Shown here piece by piece: positions 24,117 to 38,100 of a stretch of DNA of 64,000 nucleotides. The notes under the pieces are model-generated. The model made no database searches. It worked only from the letters and a program-made list of their open reading frames with translations, and was not told where the DNA came from. The position numbers were made by a program, and so were the translations under genes. The number at the start of each line of letters is the position of its first letter. Position 1 is the stretch's first letter. Origin of the DNA: Octopus sinensis (taxonomy: Eukaryota); NCBI RefSeq assembly GCF_006345805.1, contig NC_043002.1, positions 19,468,001 through 19,532,000 of the forward strand. The letters run 5' to 3'.

Positions 24117-27100
24117 GATACAATAATATAAAAAAACAACTTTTTCAGAGTTGCTTTTTGTTACAGCTCTGACTCTGTAAAAAGAAACTTTAGCTTTCAT
24201 ATTGTGTTCGAAGCTTTAGAAAATTCTTACATGTCATAACAGTAGCTTTCCATAAAGTAATATTGTAGTTATTATCATGATTAAAATAGCACTGTGGCTG
24301 GTAAAATTGGCAGAGTATTAGATAAAATGTCTTGTATTTAGTTATACTCCTTTATATTCTAATTCTAAACCATGGCAGCCTTGATTTTTGTCTATCAGCC
24401 TTCCAGGGTCAATAAAATAAAAACCTTTTCCTACTCAAAATGCAGGTTTTTAATATTTCTTATGATCTTTTGTGGAGATTTCAATCTAGAAATTACAAGA
24501 GGTTGCAATTCATTTGAGCAAATCTTTTTAAATCTGAACTAAAATCCAGTTCTTAAGAATAATAGAAAGAAAAAAATTGAAATATATGCATTTATTTTAC
24601 ATAGCTGAATAAAATGGTTTCTGAGTGCAATTCTTTTTAATTACTGTTCATTCAAGCTTTATTTATCCCTATATATTTCTTTTGTCAATTATGTTATAAC
24701 ACTATTCTAAAGAAATTTTTTTTTTTTTTTTTTTTTTTTACTTTTGAAATATTGTTTATGTTTTTATCCATTTATTTTATTTTATTCCCAAGTTAGTTTA
24801 TTTTGACATTTAAAAAAAAAAAACCTATTCTTTTCTGCTTCATTTTTTTTCTCTTTTTCATATAGAAACATATGTGTATAACATAGTGAGTTGAAAATCT
24901 TTTATTACACCTAAGATTAGAAGAGACACACATTGCTTTCCAATCACATGGTTTCAAGTTCAGTCCCACATTGTGTCACCTTGGACAAAGTATCAGTTAC
25001 TATAGCCCTGAACTAACCAAAGCCTTGTAAGTGGATTTGGCTGATGAAAGCTGAAAGAGGCATATTGTGTGTGCGTATCCGTCCTTGTAGTGTCATTCAT
25101 TTCCAGTATCCTGCAAAAACATGTTTGCCCATATTCAAACTTACAATATTACATATGTGAGACTCTGCTGCAGGTATTTATGAGGAAAGACATATATATA
25201 TCTAATAATATTACTTATATATAATCCAATAATATTACAAAGTAATAGTGAAATGAATACAATAAAATATAGTACATGCATGCATACATTTGTGTGTGTC
25301 TGTCTGTTTGCAATAACCCATATGGCTTTATTATGATGCATTTGCTTTTGTCCCAAACACATTCCCTTATGAAATCACTTGCAAATCAAGAATATGTATA
25401 TATCTAATGTTTCCTAATGTAATTCTTTCCCTGGAATTGCAATGATTTCTACGCTTAGTTACCATTGCCTCAATTTATTCACATCACTATGGAAAGGTAC
25501 TAACATCACATTTCTTATTGGCTCTCTGTTAGAAAACTTTAAAACTGATGGCTAGAAGCTAGTATTCTATTTATGAAAGCATTTTTTACAGGTTATTTCT
25601 GACTACCTATGGGTTACAGACAGGTAACTATCTAGCATAGATTGAAGACTAAAGAGCTAATGTGGTTTGTAATTTAAAAATAAAAACTTATATTCATACT
25701 AGCATGTATATATAGAGGCAATTCTGTTGAAGTAATTTTTATAGCTGTGTACCCTTCCAATGGGAAAACCATTCAACTATGAAGTTAAAATATCCTGTTC
25801 TCACCAAATTTCAATGCAAACTTGCATGTTTCCAGCAACAATTCTTTGTATATGCACCAGTGCCCATTATATTCTAATTTGCTTGTCATGGTACCTTTCA
25901 GCTGTTTGCTGAATTGACAGTTATTTTTGGCTTTCACCTAGCCAATACTATTTGCTTGTACAAAGTATAATTTTGAATAGATAATTGAAAATGAGAATAA
26001 GCAAGTCATGACATTTGATACAAAATGGCCATTAAGTTTTAAGAGAAGTATCACTCGTCAATAAAAGAAGCCTCTTACGTAGTTGTTTGACTCTTAGAGA
26101 TATCAGCCAACTCTCCCTCAAATTATACCCTGCCATGTTGAAAATAAAGGGACACATTGGATAATGTAGTCTTAGATAAGTAATACTTGAGAAAAGGACA
26201 GGATGTACATCACTGGGATAATTTTGACTGTAAGTTTAGTCAATCTGGAGTGACCTGGGTTTAAGCAACAAGAGTTTGAATCAATCATATCAACTCTTGT
26301 GCTTATTTAAGTGTGATACTTGATTGAATCCCTCCATTCACTTGGTATAAAGGAATACAACTTGACACACCAGTTTATACTAAAGATATACATAGACACT
26401 TACACAACGTATGTATGTATGTATGTTGGCATCAGGTCACTTTTGAGTGCTACTGGTAACATGTAACCCAGTACAACCTGTTGCATGGTCGGGTCGTCGG
26501 CGACTAAACCGGCAACCCCACCAAGCTTGCTTGGTGAGGAGGGTGTTTATTGGACACCCTGCGGGATGAAAAACAAAACCCGTCAAACCATTGGGAGTGA
26601 AGGACTCCTAGCCTTTGTTAGGGTATCCTTCTAGGAGAAGGTAACTCAGGTAACTGGGATAACTCCGATATAAAACCTGCGGCTCAGTGGTTACCGATGA
26701 TGTTGACTTGTTCTTCTTTTCGGATTATGGCTGCTGTTGCTTAGTGAGTGGGATTGACTCAGTGCACAGCCTTTCCCCACTTTAAAAAAAATCTTCTTGC
26801 ACAGGCATTGCACAATAACAACATTGATTAAGCTTCGTGCAATGGCCATACTCGATAACGAGGGGGCAACCACCATGTATGTATGTATTATGTGCATATG
26901 TGTGTAATGACAGACTTTCGCACAATTTCCATCTACTAAATCTCACTCTCACAGTATATGTCAGTCCATGATTTGTGCAGTGGGATTGAACCTGGAACCA
27001 TGTAGTTGTGTTGCAAACTTCTTAATTGCACAGCTATGCCTGTACATGAGAACAAAAATAAATCAAAGTAATAAGTGAAAATTTCTGGGCAAGTTACTTG

Positions 27101-27268
27101 CAATAGACTAACATCCCCCCCAGGGGGAAGATTTATTCTTTCTCTATTCTCTAATACAATTGAAACTTAGAGTTAGACTCCAACAACAGCCTATTAGGAT
27201 TCTTTGAGTTATTCTAAATTACCATCATTATCTGTCATTTCTAAATCCTCTACTATTTATTGTTTCAG

Positions 27269-27354
27269 GTGGGTGTTTAGTTCAACTTCCATCCAAGATT
27301 TGGTAAAAAGAAGATTAGATGATCGAATGATGAATATCAAGCCAGCATTTTTGA
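27269..27354 (+). CDS. Exon A (86 nt, phase 2 to 1): WVFSSTSIQDLVKRRLDDRMMNIKPAFL
   Basis: Acceptor tactatttattgtttcag, donor gtaagt; SMP helix 1 ending in KPAF; joins exon B as A+AA=Lys. Confidence 0.88.
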
Positions 27355-30300
27355 GTAAGTTATACTAAATTCGCAAATTGCCCATATTTTCTACATTTTT
27401 TAAGGTAGTTGTGGGGGAGGTGGCAGTGAGTTCATAATCAGAATTATATGGTTTGTTACTTGGGTTGTCTTTTTGTTGCTTAATTTTGTCACATTAGCTT
27501 TGTTCACTATATTTCCATTTATCATAATATCCTTTTCATATTTTATTTTCTCTCTTTCTCTATGTGTGCATGTGGCATGATACAATATAATTCAATATTT
27601 TTATTTATTTCTCTATCTTGTTAATATATTTACTTTTCTTGCCTTTTATACTTCTATAACTGTCTTTCTCACTTTTATCTCTCTGTGTCATCCCATCATA
27701 CGTTTCCCCCCTCTCTCTCTCTCAGTAAATTCTCTCATGAAGCTCTATTCTTTCAATAACATTATATCACACCCCATCAGTGTATATAATTGAATATGGA
27801 GGCTGGCACACATTTTCACAGTAAACTTATAATCATGTGATGCATGATAGGAAAAAATAACTCTGTCTTCCATCTACTATTCTCACCAACCTTTCATATT
27901 TTGTGCATGCATGTGTGTGTGTGTGTGTACTTTACAATGGGACATATGAGTATGCATGAGTATGTATATGCGGATGAGTTTGAATGGAATATGTACATGG
28001 ATCTGTGTATACATATTTGTATGTGTATACACATATAAGATACATATATTCTTATACATGCAAATCTGCATAAACATCTCACCATAAAACGGTGTGTGTG
28101 TGTGTGTGTTTGTGTTTATGTGCACACAACCACATATAGAGATAGATAAATAGATAGATAGATAGATAGATAGACAAATAGACACACACTCACTTACATA
28201 TAATTTTATTTCCGTATCATTTGGTCTATTTCTTAACTCAATGGTATTTGTTTTGCAGCAGTTGTTATTGGATTGAGAAGTCTTGGATATTTTAGCTTAT
28301 CAAATAGAAGGAAAAACATACTATATAACAAAAACAAACCACAAACTAACAGCATAACATCAAAATCTAAATCTATGAATAAATAAATAACAATGAAATG
28401 TATTGTTAGATTAAATAATACCAAAAAAGTGAGTTACTAAATAAATAAGTAGATATTAAAAAAAAAAATGATGAATAAAATCAATATAAAATAAAACAAA
28501 AAATGAAAGAGAAACAACAAAGGATATCTCCATTTTTGTATTATAGAAAAAATAAATATCCTGCTAATCAATATTGTCAAAGATATTTCGCAGAATTTCT
28601 GCCTCTTAGCTTTGCTTTTACTATCTTCTTTGCAACTATCTTCTTTTCATTATCAGTCACCATTCTCTACATGAAGGAGAAAACACGACTTGTTTGAAGA
28701 TTAACTTCACTTCTTTCCATTAAATAAGAGGTCAATTGTATTGATGGTTTGTTTATTTTTCACTTTATGACTATACTATGCTTTTGTTTTACAGTACTAA
28801 AGTTTTATAACATTGATATATTTGACTGGAGAAGGTATCCTGAACCATTATCTTTTCAATACTGCTTTATAAAATTAAGTTAACTCCGTTGTGATTTAAT
28901 CTAGTTTAGTCTCAAGTCAACTCTGATTGAATAGACTTACTATCAAAAGTATTCCAGCTTTGACCATCCTGTGTTTTATGGAGTATTTACGATTGTACTC
29001 TCTGCAATTTAAGGGAGATTTGACTGCTATTTCAAGCAGATGGAATGACCATATAGAGAATATCTTACTGGCTCATAATGTGAACTTTGATGTGAGTGAT
29101 AGAAAACCAGATACTTTGAAGCACTTAGTCTAACAATTCTCATCTTCTGCCACCACCTCTTTTTTTGGAGGGATGAAAACTATGCTTTTTACTGATGTAA
29201 TTTCAACTGCTAATAATAATGATTTCTAACATAAGCATAAGGCCAGTACTTGTTTTATTGATTCTGTTGAGATGAAAAGTTAAACAAACACTGAGAGAAC
29301 CATAGAAAGATCTAACAAAATACGGTAATGTCTGCTACCTTGTAATTTTACCAGTCACTGTTCTCTTCATAATAATAATAATCCATTCTACTATAGGCAC
29401 AAGGTCCAAAATTTGCAGGAGGAGGATAGTCAATTACATTCACTCCAGTGTTTCACTGGTACTTAATTTATTAACCCTGAAAGAATGAAAGGCAAAGTCG
29501 ACCTCAGTGGAATTTGAACTCAGAATGGAGCAATGGGAAAAATACCACTAAGCATTTTGTCTAACATGCTAACAATTCTGCCAGCTCTCCGCCAATGATA
29601 ATAATCATAATATTGCTTTCAAATTGTGGCACATGACCAGCAAGCTTGGAGGAGGGGCTATCTTGATTGCATCATCCCCAATGCTCAGTTGGTACTTATT
29701 TTATTGACCTCAGAAAAATGAGGAGCAAAGTTGACTTAAGCAGAATTTGAACCCAGAATGCAAAAACAGATGAAATGCCACTAAGCATTTTACCCAACAC
29801 TAATAATATTGCCAGCTTGCAGCTTCAATATTAATAATAATGTTGGTTTCAAATTTTGGCACGAGGCCAGCATTTTCAGGCAAAAGTGTAAGTCATTTAT
29901 ATTGACCCCAGTGTTTGACTGGTATTTATCTTATTGACCCCAAAAGGATGAAAGTAAAGTTGACTTCGGCAGAATTTGAACTCAGAACACAAAGACAGAC
30001 GAAATGCTGCGAAGCATTTTGCTCAGCATACTATGATTTTGCCAGCTTTTTGCCCCAATAACAATAATAATATTGAAAAGAGCATTGTCACTGTGAAAAT
30101 AATAACCTTCCATGTAAATATATTTTTTCTACATGACTTTATTTGATTTTGTAAATGAACAGTCAAGTGTGTTTACTTTTATGGCCTATCAATGTATACA
30201 ATAAGTTTCTTTGCCTTAGGTGTTGAGAAGAGATTCAGTAAGAAATGGAAACAAAATTGAAGGAAGAAGGAAAACTCATGATAATAATGTTTCTAATTCA

Positions 30301-33300
30301 GGTACAAGGCCAGAAATTTGGTGGGAAAGGTGCTAACCGATACCACTAAACCCCAACTATTATCATTATTCTAGCAGATCATTAGCACACTGGGTAAAAT
30401 GCTTAGTGGCATTTCGTCCGTCCTTACATTTTGAGTTCAAATTCTGCTGAGGTCAACTTTGCCTTTCATCCTTTTAGGGTTAATGAAATAAGTATCAGTT
30501 ACAAACTGGGGTTGTACCACCCTCTTAAAACCCAACTACATTCTGGCTGAAAAATATAGAATACCTCATAAGTAATATAAATGTCCTGAATTCAGTGGTG
30601 GTGATAATGAAGATGTTACATGTTAATTTAATGTATTAAACTTATCTTTATTAATGTATATCGAATTATACATTGATATATACAAGATTTACGCAGATAT
30701 AAGAGTTAGAACTCGTAATCTGCTTGTGGACCTATTTTTGGGGAAATTTTTGCCTACTACACTAAAAGGTTTCCCTACCCCTGGTCTAAGTAGATGGTGC
30801 TGTGAGTTGATCTAGGTGTATACACACTGTTTGTCAACAAGCAAGATATCTTCTCCGTGACAAAATACAGTAAGTCGCTTGTTCCCCAGTTCGAATGTGA
30901 ATCAAGCATATTCGGACTATGTCCTGATATGTTTTGAATACAACTTATATTGCATCTCTGTATCATAAGAGGTATCTAAAAGGGTTAGTAACAAGAAAAA
31001 TATCTAACCATAAAAATCTGCCTCTGAAAAAGCGTCCGACCCATGCTATTTTGGAAAAGCTAACATGAAATGCTGTTGAGGATGATGGTGGCAGGCATTT
31101 TTTTCAGTGAGAATGCTACCACAATGTTATAATTCTCCTCTATTACCACATAAGATCGCATTTCCTTGTTTAACAATAAACAAAGAAAATAAAAATGGCA
31201 CTTCGCCAAAGAAAAAGACAATAGATTTGAAATGAAAGTGTTCTTCCTCTCCAAAAAAAAGGGGAACAAAGTAAGCTTTAAATTTTCATCTTGCTCTTCA
31301 AATAATCCACACTAACAAACATATACTGAATACAAACATCAAACAATAACCTGATTTTGAAACACAGAAAACTAGCAGTACAATCCAAACACTTCAAACC
31401 GATTGTACATCAAATAATACAAACAGTGATTTCAAACTTGGCATCAGGCCACAGATTTTTAGAGTAGCATATAGTTGATCCTTAGCTCAAAACCACAGAT
31501 TTTTGGAGAAGGGATATAATCAGTTTAATTGACCCTATCATATAACTTCTATTCACTTGTATTTTGACAACGATAAAGGGATGAGAGCAAAGTTATTTAG
31601 TGGTATTTGAACTAAAGATGAAAAGGGATGGCTCTCAAATATAATTTTGTCAGGCATTACATCACTTCAACCACTCTGTTCATTATCATCATCATCATCA
31701 TCATCATCATTACATCTGCTTTCTCTGCTGGCATGGTTTGGATGGTTAGCAAGACCATATCTTCTTCTAGTGTCACAGTTTTGGCATAGTTTCTACAGCT
31801 GGATACCCTTTGCTTCTTTTTGGGTGGGGGTAACACTAGTGAGGTGACTTTGTAACTTGCAAGAATAAAAGTCCCCTTGACTCACTTGGTCACTATATGC
31901 AAGTTGTTGATAGTTTGATATATGATGAGAGGAGTAGGGAGAGGTTTGTTGTGGAGAATATTCATGGCTACCTCACATGGCTACCCCACATTATGAGTGG
32001 GTAGGAATATCTAGAAAGAAGATAAAGATGTTAGTAATGAGGTAAAAAAGTATACTCTCAAGGTGCAAGAAGTTGAGTATAAGGGAGAATACTGACTAAG
32101 GATTGGGGATGTGGGTACAGATAAGTTCATAAGAGTACTTCCATAAGCAGAAAACATGACCAAGCAATCATCAGACATGATTGATGGGAAAAGTATAGCC
32201 AGAGCTCTTTTGTACTGAAGATGCAAATATTTACTTCTGGTCAGGCCAAAGGCCAAGTGTAGGAACAAACTACTTGGCTTCAGTACAGCTGGAACAAAAA
32301 TACCACAATGAAGTGATTTTAATGAAGCCTTCAGCCTGACTGGAGATAAATATTTCATCTTAAGTACAAAAGAGCTCAGGCCAAACTTTTCCAGTCAGTT
32401 GTGTCAGATGACTGTTTGGCCATGCTTTCTGTTTAGGGAAAGTAACTTTGCATCATTATTATTGACAAAAGCACAATTAGTTCCCAAATCAGTGATCTGT
32501 ATACATACTTAAAGTGTAAATATGTATTGAAACAATCACCATTTATGTACTAGTAGGCATCATTCCTTCTCTGTGGACTACTTATTACTGACACCATCAC
32601 AGTTGTTTGTTATTTCTGCCCCTATATTTCTACATTTAATTTTTAATTTAAATTCTGCTAAAAGATCCTTCTATAAGTTATGCCAATCCTCTTCAGATTT
32701 TTCTAGCTTCTAGATTTTTCTATTACTCTTTATCTTCTCCTAAATTCACTAAAAAGTTATTCTTCCCATTGCTCTTACTTCATATTACTCTTAATTTCTT
32801 TACTATTAAACTTTACTGTTTAATAAACTTTTCTCTGTAAAACTTTGAAGTCACAATCACTATACTTCTAATAAAATTTTACACTATTTTGGGACTGAAT
32901 CATTTTATTTTTACCGTTATTATTACTCACTGTTTTTAATTCCTTTTAAAAATATGTGTGAGTGCTTGTGTGTTATACTAAAGATGTAACTGCATTTGAG
33001 TTTAATATTTTTTTATTAATGATTTTCTAACATTTTCTTATTAGTCCTTTATGTTTAATTTGAAATATGAAAATTCATTAGGAAAAAAGTTAAACATATT
33101 TTTCAGCATTGTTTTTTGTTTTTTTTCTGAAAGAAAAGCTGTCCCATGTGTATGTGTGCGTTTATGAAAGCTCAAATACTGGCAATGGAATATTGCTCGT
33201 GGCATGTAAAAAGCACCATCCGTCCGTGGCCGTTTGCCAGCACCGTCTGGCACCTGTGCGGGTGGCACGTAAAAAGCACCCACTACACTCACGGAGTGGT

Positions 33301-34553
33301 TGGCGTTAGGAAGGGCATCCAGCCGTAGAAACACTGCCAGATCAGACTGGGCCTGACGCAGCCTTTTGGCTTCACAGACCCCATTGAACCGTCCAACCCA
33401 TGCTAGCATGGAAAGCGGACGGTAAATGATGATGATGATGATACAAAACCAGCCTAGGCCACTTTCAAAAGTAGGCTATCCAACTGATTAGTTAGGATTG
33501 GCTCATCTTATTTAGCCTTGTTCTACCTGTCCATTCTCCTCATTCTATCTTTTTTAATTGCCCCAGCTTCTCTGAGTTAACTAGCTGTGTACCTACTCAT
33601 GACATTTCTCCTCTCACCCATTCTGTCTTCTTTCTCAAGCCCGACACCGACCACTGCATCAACCCATTATAAATCCTTTCTTGTCCTTTGTTTTTCCTAC
33701 AGAGGCATTGTTTTGCAGCCATTCAAGCTGAATAACAACCACATCATCCGATCAGTTTTGGTGGGGCTTGTAACAGTTTTAAACGCAATCACTTCATCCT
33801 AATATTATATATATATATATATATATATGAGACCCCCTTCAGTCATGACTGACCATGGGATTGCACCTAGAAAGTTACCCTCCCAGGCACAAGTCAGGGC
33901 AAGGTTGTTTATGGAAGACCAGCAGTTGCCCATGCATACCGGCCTCCCCTCTCTGCGCCACTAGTGTTACCCAAGGGAAAGGCAACAGCAAATACAACTT
34001 GGCACCTGTGACGTCACAACTCATTTCTACAGCTGAGTGAACTGGAGCAACATGAAATAAAGTGTCTTGCTCAAGAACACAACATGCAGCCCAGTCCGGG
34101 ATTCAAACTCACAACCTCACGATCATAAGCTCGAACGCTCTAACCACTGAGCCATGCGCCTTCACATATGTGTGTATATATATATATATAAAAACAAGGA
34201 AAGCATGACAGGTGCTTTGATGTTTCATTGCTTGTTGACTTTGTCAGATTCTGAGGAAGCCTATGTTTAGTAAAACTTTGAAGATACAATATATTTTATA
34301 CCCTACTTAAAATGTATTGAGTGATCCTTCATTTGATGTTTGACTGATTTTATATATAATCATGCTTAAAAACACAGTCAGTCACTGGACTGCAGCCATG
34401 CTAAAGCACCAGCTTGAAGAGTTTAGCCAAACAGACTGACTCTAGTATTTGTCTTTTTTTTTTAAATCTAGTTGTCTCTTGACAAACTGCTAAGTTATAG
34501 TGATGTAAGCAAACCAACTCCTGTGGGGGAACAAACACTAACACACTCACACA

Positions 34554-34591
<38 letters not shown>

Positions 34592-34791
34592 AGGCTTCTT
34601 TCAGTTTGTCTACCATGTCCGCTCTCAAGGCTTTATTCATTCCAGTGCTATATTGAAAAAACACTTGCCCAAAGTGTCACAGTGGGACAATGTAGAACTA
34701 TGCAGTTAGAAAGCAGACTTCTTACCACATAGCCACGCCTGTATGTATGCATATATACATGTATATATGTATGGTCTATATTGTGTCTGTA

Positions 34792-34886
<95 letters not shown>

Positions 34887-35069
34887 GCCATGATAGATCG
34901 TTAGCCACTACACACATTTTTTTTCTCTCCTTGTTTTTTCTGTGTCCCTTTCTGTAGAAGAGCGTAGGCTCGAAACGTAAAAAACTTTTTCTATTCCTGA
35001 GCGTTATACTAATACATCTGTTTGTTTTGTACACCACCTGTCTTCGTCTTTTGTTTTTTCGTAAACGCT

Positions 35070-35133
<64 letters not shown>

Positions 35134-38100
35134 GGCATAAATATATTCCTTACATTGGAACAAGGCCCTAATTGTGAATCAACATATTTTGTTACAGATG
35201 GAATAAAAAGCTAAGTTCAGCAGAGAGTAATTTCAACTCAAAATTTAAAGTGCCATAACTAATTATTGCTAGATAGTTTTTCCAGCCACTTGATTTAGTC
35301 TTCTGCTGCATTTCACATGCACACTGAAAAGAATATCATATACACTCTCTTTCGTACATAGATACATACACATATATTCACATATATTTATGTGTGAATT
35401 GTTACAAGTATGACTGTCTATTAATTCATATTTATTGAAATGCAACACTATTTATATCTATTTATAGTAATGAAGTTGTTATCAAGCTTTTACATACTTG
35501 AATTTAACTCTACATGCACAATTAAATCTGTATGTTTGCATATATAATCTCTTTCTGACAATTTACTAAAGATCTGAAACCAAACATTAATTATAGCTTA
35601 ACAAGGAGGTGGAATGAAAGGAATATTTGTATAATTTTATATTTGTTTATCATAAACATGCTACTCTGAAAACCAGAAATAACCTGTTTCTCAACCACAA
35701 GCTCTGACTTTGTTTGGTGTTTGGATTGCTTTTCAATGTTGCTGCTGCTGTTATTTTGGCTTAGTGGTGGTTAAACAGCAATTAACTTGTGGGAGAGCTA
35801 TTTCATCCATTTAAAAACACATAAAAACTGTTAAATTCATTTTACATTTATTTCTTGCTGTCAGTATTTTCATTAACCAACTGCAATCTAGTCACTAAAG
35901 TATTCCAGAGTTATTATCAAGGTGTGATTAAGTCTTGCCCCCATTTGGGGTCTTGATCTTTTATCTCTAATATATAATGATGATTATGATCTCAGGTAAT
36001 TTTTAATAATGATGTAGTCTAAAGGTGATTTGGTAGGTCTGTCCAATAGCAGAAATCTCCTTCACCTGAAATACATGATTGAGTGATCTGTGTGGTTTCA
36101 GTGCAACTTTTTATCCAAAGCAGCTCACTCCTGTTGTGCTGCTATAAGACTTCTTTGTTCTTCAGTAGCTACATTCCTATCCATGAGTTAAAACTGTCAT
36201 TGCTGTTCCCAACAAAAATCTGACCTGTTCATGAAAATACTTTGCTGTTTAACTGATAATTTTAGTCTGAGATACCTGATATAGTTAGCTGGATGAAAAT
36301 TATTGGCTTTTTAAAAAATTTTATTATTCTTGGGCCCTTAGACTCATACGGCTGTTTTTCTGGTTTCAGTGGTGTATAAGTGACTGTGGTCATTACATTC
36401 CCTCTGAACAGGATGCCGGTCCATTGCAGGGTTCAGGGCCTACGATTTTTGAGGGTAGAGGACAATTTGAGTGCATAAATTCCAGTACTTGACTGGTACA
36501 TTATTTTATTGACCTTTGAAAAGATTTGAACTCGGAATGAAAAGAGTCAGAAGAAATGCCACTAAGTATTTTGCCTGGCATGCTAATGATTCTGCCAGCT
36601 TGCTGTCTATTTGATTACCTTAGATAATTTAACATTACAGTGCAGTGGGGAAAATACATCTAAATGCATTACTAAGAGTGAAACTGCACACAGTTGCATG
36701 ATTCAATACAGATGTAGTGCTAGTTGTGAAAGATCATGTTTTTATTATACCCTTATATGATGATACTGTACAAGAAAACTGTTGAGTAAGGAGATAGTTG
36801 CATTTTGATATTATGTACTGCATGAATCACAAAGTGGCTTTATAATCTACATATGACCTTATTAGATACTGGTCTTACATTACATATCAGCATCAATGTG
36901 TTAGTTAACAGTCAGTACATAAAAGAGTAGTTCTATACTGGAATATAGTCTCACAATTTAGAGGTGAAATGATTGAGTGGATAAGATACTGGATGATTTA
37001 GACATTGCCTCCTTTAAAACCTCCATGCTTTTTGAAATTTGCCAACACTATACCTGATATCTCCCATTCCATACGCATGCACACATGTAAATCATGACTC
37101 GTACACTGTTCACTTTCCTGACTTTTGTACATAATTCTGTATACTGTACATGCACCTTTAATGAGTTGTAGTGCTCCTAAGCACTATACACAATAATTTC
37201 GTTGTCATCATTATTTTTATTGTTCTGGAGTTAACTGTGAGGATTGGGAGCAATTCACTTTGGACACAGTTTACTCTTATTATGTTTTGAAGCTTCTTTC
37301 TCCTCCAGCATCCACACTCCATCCATGAGTATAAAATGCCACTACTATTACCAACAAAACTTGACCTCTTCATTGCTCCAGTTGACATTGCTATCAAGAA
37401 TAGATACAAGATCAATCTGACACTTTTATCCTTCAGACCAGAGTCTACCAATAATCTCTGATCAAAGGTTGCATATATATATATATATATATATGTATAT
37501 ATGGCAGGTGATGTGCAACACAGCCATACTTCACTTGTTGGAATAATTTTTTATTACAGATTTATTCAGTCAACACAAAACAAACTGTCAAGTCACACAC
37601 ACCATGCATGGATGCCTGCATATGTAAACACTCACATGCGCAGACATACATGCATGCACACATCATCATCGTAATCATCATCATTGTCATCTAATGTCTG
37701 GCTTCCATGCTGGCATGGGTTGGTCACTTCAACAAGACCTAATGAGTTGGAGGACTGAGTCATGCTCAAATGTCTGCTTTGACTGATTTCTACAGCTAGA
37801 TGCCTTCCTTATGTCAGTCACTTTACAGACTATACTGGCTGCTATTTTTCATGACCCAAGTACTAGTAAGGTCACCCTGCAATTTGCAAGAATAAGGCCT
37901 TTAGGTTCCTAGAACAGAATGAAAATAGCAGAGTGATGGTGTGATGATTTTAGTTAGCATGATAGGAGAGGGTTAAGTATGATGAGAGAAACAGATTTAT
38001 AGTTGTAAGAAGTTGATAGTGGAGAGAGGAATAGAGTAGACACTATTGGATGAAGAAGCATGGAAAGGACAGAAAAAGTAAAGAGATTTGTGTCAGGGAT

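Noticed and set aside
28614-28697. Hydrophobic TM-like stretch FLPLSFAFTIFFATIFFSLSV as the gene's membrane anchor
   Set aside because: It lies downstream of exon A (wrong order), ends in an in-frame stop and has no donor
30593-30783. hAT-type MITE (gtttccctacccctg resembles a CAGGGGT... TIR)
   Set aside because: The left TIR matches only about 10/15 and there is no 8-bp TSD
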